Of a stretch of DNA of 64,000 bases, positions 59,268 to 64,000 are shown one piece after another. Positions within the stretch are counted from its first letter, which is position 1, and every line of letters begins with the position of its first letter. The notes below the pieces were generated by a model. The model did not search any database, was not told where the DNA came from, and saw only the letters and a program-made list of their open reading frames with translations. The stretch comes from a virus. The translations under genes and the position numbers were made by a program. Where the stretch lies: the IMG/VR virus record IMGVR_UViG_3300046170_000301; one strand, given 5' to 3'.

Positions 59268-60214
59268 TTGAATTCACATCCCATCATAATTTCAGTAAGA
59301 CAAGCAAGCAGATTAATCTCTTGGTCAGCAACAAAAGAAATCTGATATTGATAACGAGCAATAATCATAATAGCTTCTGGAATAGATGGGGACTTTAGAT
59401 TTTCATAAAGAACATCATAAATTTTTCTCATCACGATATTAGGGTCATTATCAATATTTTCCACAACCCATTTCTTGACCATAGTAAACTCTTTGTTTTT
59501 CAAAGACCTCACCAAATCATCAAGATTAACATCAGCGATATCAACAAGAATACCAGCATCAATCTTTCCAACTGCAGCATGGCGTTGAGTTTCATTAATC
59601 AACCTACGCCAATCTGGATAGTAACGTTTGATAAGTTTGATTAGAACTTTGTCGTTATACTCTACAGAGTTTTCATCCAGGATTTTTTTAAGGCGGAAAA
59701 AGAATTTTGCCTGTAGTTTATCGGACTCCTCATGTTTAACTCTAAAGTCAATGACTGTACAACGAGAATGTAAGGGGTCAATAATTTTGTTGGGAAAATT
59801 ACAGGTAAAAATAAACCTACAGTTGCTGTGAAACTCCTCTACAGCACTCCTGAGCGAGAGCTGGACATCATGGGTGGTGTTGTCTGCTTCGTCGATGATA
59901 ACGACCTTGTGGGCTGCATCAGCGGTCAATGAGACGGTCGTAGCGAACTGCCTGGCCCTGTTCCGAACTGTATCCAGAAAACGTCCCTCATCAGAACCGT
60001 TGATGACGATATAAGATGCTCCAATCTCATCACACAATGCTTTAGCAACAGTTGTTTTGCCAACACCAGCAGACCCACAAAGCAAAAGATTAGGGATTTC
60101 CTTTTGTGTAATGAATCCCTTGAAAGAGTTTTTAATTGTCGAAGGAAGAATACAATCCTCGATAGTGTGAGGACGGTATTCTTCTGTCCATAGATACTTT
60201 TTATTTTCCATCAA
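59264..60214 (-). CDS. gp44: Clamp loader large subunit gp44
   Basis: YRP, GSAGVGKT, IIDEAD, LHSRC and PDWRR motifs. Confidence 0.93.
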   Translation of the reverse strand: MMENKKYLWTEEYRPHTIEDCILPSTIKNSFKGFITQKEIPNLLLCGSAGVGKTTVAKALCDEIGASYIVINGSDEGRFLDTVRNRARQFATTVSLTADAAHKVVIIDEADNTTHDVQLSLRSAVEEFHSNCRFIFTCNFPNKIIDPLHSRCTVIDFRVKHEESDKLQAKFFFRLKKILDENSVEYNDKVLIKLIKRYYPDWRRLINETQRHAAVGKIDAGILVDIADVNLDDLVRSLKNKEFTMVKKWVVENIDNDPNIVMRKIYDVLYENLKSPSIPEAIMIIARYQYQISFVADQEINLLACLTEIMMGCEFK

Positions 60215-60882
60215 GGTTCACAAGCAATATAGTAAGTCAAATCGAGTTTGGTGTGTTTCCATTCAGTAATAAGTTTACTGGAAATCTTCACCATATAATC
60301 CCCAGGAAGAAGACGGATATTGTCCATCTTCATGTACACTTCATGGTTTCCTGTAGTAGTTGCTGAGCATAACTGTGAGTATACATTGCTGGTTTCGTTT
60401 TCTTTATCACACAAGTTCAAGGAAACTTTATCTTCTTCTGAGTTAATCCTCAAATCTGGGATTTCATATACGGAACGAGCTTTAAGAAGAGCAGTCAAAT
60501 CTTGCTGTGTAAAAGAAAACTCCATATCAGCACCAAGAAAATTAACTTGTTTTTCTGGTGCTGCTTTAAGAGTAATCTCTGGACTTGAAAAATAGTATCG
60601 TGCTGTTTTGTTTCTGCTTCGGATGTTTACATAAGTTTCGTTATCAAACTCAAGAACTGGGTCATCAAACAAAGAAAGACCAGCAAGAAACTGATTCAAA
60701 TCATAGATACCAAATTTTCTGGGGAAAGTTTCTTGACATTGATATTGAGCAATAGCACTTTCCCCTACGCTAATTGTGCTTAGTTGATTTCCCTCCCGAA
60801 TCAAAATTGAACTGTTAATGGTAGCGAAGTTCTTCAGAACCATCATTGTTTGCTGTGAAATAATAACCTTAGTCATAATCAA
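60211..60882 (-). CDS. gp45: Sliding clamp gp45
   Basis: LKNFATINSSI, FGIYDLNQFL and LTYYIACEP. Confidence 0.92.
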   Translation of the reverse strand: MIMTKVIISQQTMMVLKNFATINSSILIREGNQLSTISVGESAIAQYQCQETFPRKFGIYDLNQFLAGLSLFDDPVLEFDNETYVNIRSRNKTARYYFSSPEITLKAAPEKQVNFLGADMEFSFTQQDLTALLKARSVYEIPDLRINSEEDKVSLNLCDKENETSNVYSQLCSATTTGNHEVYMKMDNIRLLPGDYMVKISSKLITEWKHTKLDLTYYIACEP

Positions 60883-61169
60883 GAATAGTGTTTGTCAGAA
60901 TGAAGAAGAAGCATGGTGTAATGCATTGCTTTAAATAAATCCATTTTGTTTTTTCCATTCTTTTGACCGTACCTATCTCCATACTTAACAAGATTTACTT
61001 GGCAAAAATCTGGTGCCCTTCCTTTGGAGATGGCAAGGTCAATTGTTTGGATGTCAGCAGAACCTTCTTCTGTTCCACAATAATGACTTTTGTATGTACT
61101 CTTCAGATATTCTATAAACTCATCAAGAATTTCACCCTCATTGTATTTCCATTTAAACTCTTCCATCAA
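60879..61169 (-). CDS. DUF3310-like hypothetical protein
   Basis: YLKSTYKSHY...NLVKYGDRYGQKNG...DLFKAMHY. Confidence 0.65.
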   Translation of the reverse strand: MMEEFKWKYNEGEILDEFIEYLKSTYKSHYCGTEEGSADIQTIDLAISKGRAPDFCQVNLVKYGDRYGQKNGKNKMDLFKAMHYTMLLLHSDKHYS

Positions 61170-61333
61170 CCCTCCATAACAAACTTCAAGTCATCATAAT
61201 AGCACTCATTCATGTTGCCGTCAAGGTCTCGGACAGTAAGTTTTTGACCCTTTCCATCAATAATTCTAACGGTGTTGCCGTTCCGAAGAACAGCAACATT
61301 TCCGTTGTAACTATGATACTCAGTTTTCTTCAT
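61166..61333 (-). CDS. Hypothetical protein (55 aa)
   Basis: MKKTEYHSYNGNVAVLRNGNTVRIIDGKGQKLTVRDLDG...MEG*; overlaps both neighbours. Confidence 0.55.
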   Translation of the reverse strand: MKKTEYHSYNGNVAVLRNGNTVRIIDGKGQKLTVRDLDGNMNECYYDDLKFVMEG

Positions 61334-62426
61334 CAGACTCTACAGAATTAGCATCGACTTTTCCATACAAGTCAAGGAAAGCACTCTTGGTTTCGTCATC
61401 AAAACGATTTACACAAACTTTAAGTGCTTTCATTTTGTTACCGAAGATAGAGTAAGCACGAATGATGTGGGTAAGACGACGAGTAGAGATGACTTCATCA
61501 ATACCACCTTCATCAAAAGTTCGTCGAATCTGATTTGCCCAGAAAGCAAGACGCTCACAGAACTCTTCATTATGGCAATCAAGTTTCTTAGAAAGCTTCT
61601 CAAGAATCTTCTGCTCAGTTTTAGGAGTAGGATAATCTTGCTCAAAAGTCAAAGCAAAACGCTCAAGGAATGCTTCGTTCAAAACATTGGTGCCGATAAA
61701 TCGACCATCATCAGAACCTTTACCTTTGGTGTTTGCTGTAGCAATCACAGTAAAACCATCTGCTGGTTGAATACATTTACCAGTTTTCTTCAGGAACACA
61801 CCCTTACCTTCAAGAATAGATTGAAGACAAAGGATTTTGTTTGAAGCAAGGTCAATCTCATCAAGGAGAAGAACAGCACCTCGCTCAAGTGCTTCAATCA
61901 CAGGACCGTTGTGCCAAACAGTATCGCCATTGATAAGACGGAAACCACCAATCAAATCATCTTCATCAGTTTCGATGGTGATATTAACACGAATGAGTTC
62001 ACGCTTTAGTTGAGCACAAGCTTGTTCAACACTGAAAGTTTTGCCATTGCCAGACATGCCAGTGATGAAGACAGGATAAAAAATACCAGAAGAAATAATT
62101 TTCTTAATATTAGTGAAGTTGCCAAAGCTGACGAAGTTAGCATCTTTTTCAGGAACAAGAGATTGGAAGGGAATCATAACATGCTCTACTTCTTGTTCAG
62201 CAGGTTCAGCAGAAGGAGAGTTGTAGGTGTTTTCGATTTGTTGGGCAGTAAGATTCCACTGACCACGACCAACTTTATAATCTTCAAGACGCTTGCTAAT
62301 AGTCACATAAGTGCTTTCAAATTGCTTAGAGGCGTCGATGATAGCATTGCTACCAATTTCGTTGCCATAGTATTCTTTGAGATAGTCAACGATTTCGGCG
62401 GTGGTCACGTTAAAAGAGCGAGGCAT
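61320..62426 (-). CDS. cobS: CobS-like MoxR AAA+ ATPase
   Basis: GMSGNGKT, ETDEDDLIGG, LLLDEIDL, ATANTKG, FLERF and ISTRRL motifs. Confidence 0.9.
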   Translation of the reverse strand: MPRSFNVTTAEIVDYLKEYYGNEIGSNAIIDASKQFESTYVTISKRLEDYKVGRGQWNLTAQQIENTYNSPSAEPAEQEVEHVMIPFQSLVPEKDANFVSFGNFTNIKKIISSGIFYPVFITGMSGNGKTFSVEQACAQLKRELIRVNITIETDEDDLIGGFRLINGDTVWHNGPVIEALERGAVLLLDEIDLASNKILCLQSILEGKGVFLKKTGKCIQPADGFTVIATANTKGKGSDDGRFIGTNVLNEAFLERFALTFEQDYPTPKTEQKILEKLSKKLDCHNEEFCERLAFWANQIRRTFDEGGIDEVISTRRLTHIIRAYSIFGNKMKALKVCVNRFDDETKSAFLDLYGKVDANSVESDEEN

Positions 62427-62506
62427 GATGTAAAAGTCCTTTGGAACTATTTAAGTATAGAGTGTTTGAGGGAGAAATCTCCCCCGAGTGGACAGTTTTG
62501 AAACTG

Positions 62507-64000
62507 TCAGGAGATGAGAGAAGCAAAAGAAGACAAAACCTTTTTATTGGTTTTCTTGTTTTTCAGCATAGAGCGAAATGCTTTGCCAATATCTGCTGGT
62601 GTGGCATCTTCTTTAACTTGAAATTCTGTAGAAACCTCAAGGTTATTACTGGCAAGGAAGTAAAGAGCATCGTAAGCAGTATCAGTAAATTCAAAAGATT
62701 TATCTTTAGAGAAAATTTTAAAACATTCTGGATTACATTCTCTATAATAACTTTTATAAAAAGACCTGAAATCATGATTACTTCCAATACGGAATCCAAT
62801 AATATTAACATCTGGATTACGGTCTTTGAGATTATCAAGAAGAATATAAGTTGGGAAATTATTGAGATAGTTATAACTAAAAGACCGATAAACTTTCCCA
62901 GTTTTCCTGTCACGAAGACGTTCTTTATTCGAAATTTTCTTAATACAATAGGAACCATAAGTTTCATTATATGTTGTGTTGTAAGCTGACATATTGGATT
63001 CTCCATCAGTCAAAATAACAACATTGGTTTTTTGAATCTTGTTCTTGTTTTTGAACTCAGGAATGACGGAGTTCAACACAACAATAGTATCATTAAGAGG
63101 AGTTCCACTCAAGTCAACTCCATGGGGAGAACAAAGATGACCATCACCAGCATTGGCACAACGCCAGAGGTTTAGCATGGATTCTTCAAACTTACTATTG
63201 TTAACTCTACTAGTAACAAAATTAAGCAAAGAGAAATGATTGGAAATTTTATAAATAAACTCCTTCTCTTCATGACATAAATGATCACCATTATAACTAT
63301 AATTCCACTCATTAGTGAAAGCATAAACTTCAAATGGGATTTGAGTTTTACGACAGAACCAGCAAAGATTCATCAACTGCTTCACTGTGGCAACAAGGTT
63401 TAGTGCCATAGAACCAGACCAGTCGAGAATAAAAATCATGCCATGATTCTTACCTTCAGGAACAACAGCAACTTTACGAAACAAATCTTCGTTATACTTG
63501 TAAGTATGAAGTTTTGAGGTATCAAGAACGCCTGTCTTATTCAACATAATACGTTGATAAGCATCAGCAGATTTTTTACTCTCAAACTCTTTTACAAGAT
63601 AGTTGACTTCTTTCTGTGATTCTTTTTTGAACTTTTTATATTCTTCATCAACCATAGTCAAACTTCCAGTATTAAAATAATTTGTATAGAATGTGGTGAT
63701 GTGTTTTGTGAGTCTATTGTTATCAACAATAACTTTAGAAGTGTCTACATCTGGAAGTTCAATATAAACATCATCAGATTGTAACTTATCAACCAAAGTT
63801 TTAGACATCTGATTAAAGTTACTTTGAGTTTTAGAAACTCCTTCACCTTTCAAATCGCCACCAATGGGCAATCCATCATTACCAGATTCATCTTGACCAG
63901 AAGGTTCTGCTTCTTCATCATATCCAGAAGTTCTTTCGCCTCCACCTTCTTCGCTTTTGTTTTCAGAAGTGCTTTCGCCTTCACCTTCTTCGCTTTTGTT
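62507..64000 (-). CDS. CobT-like vWA-domain protein; N-terminus lies beyond the window
   Basis: MIDAS motif DWSGSM, GTPL and LTDGE; frame stays open to the right edge through an acidic linker. Confidence 0.8.
   Translation of the reverse strand, partial: NKSEEGEGESTSENKSEEGGGERTSGYDEEAEPSGQDESGNDGLPIGGDLKGEGVSKTQSNFNQMSKTLVDKLQSDDVYIELPDVDTSKVIVDNNRLTKHITTFYTNYFNTGSLTMVDEEYKKFKKESQKEVNYLVKEFESKKSADAYQRIMLNKTGVLDTSKLHTYKYNEDLFRKVAVVPEGKNHGMIFILDWSGSMALNLVATVKQLMNLCWFCRKTQIPFEVYAFTNEWNYSYNGDHLCHEEKEFIYKISNHFSLLNFVTSRVNNSKFEESMLNLWRCANAGDGHLCSPHGVDLSGTPLNDTIVVLNSVIPEFKNKNKIQKTNVVILTDGESNMSAYNTTYNETYGSYCIKKISNKERLRDRKTGKVYRSFSYNYLNNFPTYILLDNLKDRNPDVNIIGFRIGSNHDFRSFYKSYYRECNPECFKIFSKDKSFEFTDTAYDALYFLASNNLEVSTEFQVKEDATPADIGKAFRSMLKNKKTNKKVLSSFASLIS
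63932..64000. repeat. 39 bp imperfect coding tandem repeat (ESTSENKSEEGxG) in the acidic linker
   Basis: ctttcgcc..caccttcttcgcttttgtt occurs twice, 39 bp apart. Confidence 0.7.

Overview
This window is a 64 kb piece of a T4-like cyanomyovirus (Kyanoviridae-type; the gene content suggests a freshwater Synechococcus/Cyanobium phage), with almost all genes on the minus strand. Left to right it contains: (1) two paralogous tape-measure/baseplate-hub-like genes and a baseplate/head-completion cluster (gp51, gp26, gp54-like, gp4, gp2, gp48, gp53); (2) gp32, gp33, an exonuclease, phoH and thyX; (3) a small-peptide operon behind a tandem glutamine-riboswitch-like RNA and an NtcA-type box; (4) glutaredoxin and psbA, split by two group I introns, one encoding a LAGLIDADG endonuclease; (5) about 17 kb of large virion/fibre genes; (6) hli, an SLH-domain porin-like gene and a tRNA cluster with chimeric or decayed tRNAs; (7) a lysis block (RlpA, lysozyme, C39 peptidase); (8) nrdB, nrdA and primase; (9) a tRNA-Ser interrupted by a free-standing PD-(D/E)XK endonuclease; (10) mazG, helicase, uvsX, DNA polymerase, hsp20, regA, clamp and clamp loader, and cobS/cobT-like genes. 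Top leads: three gene ends with slippery heptamers opening into the next ORF in the -1 frame (gp26-gp51, peptidase-lysozyme, a head/internal protein); the nitrogen-sensing peptide operon; the intron-less tRNA-targeting endonuclease cassette; and the twin psbA introns. Caveat: indels in nrdA, nrdB and uvsX and a 128 bp duplication in thyX suggest assembly errors, so single-base frame claims need read-level checks. All product names come from motif and synteny recognition, not database searches.
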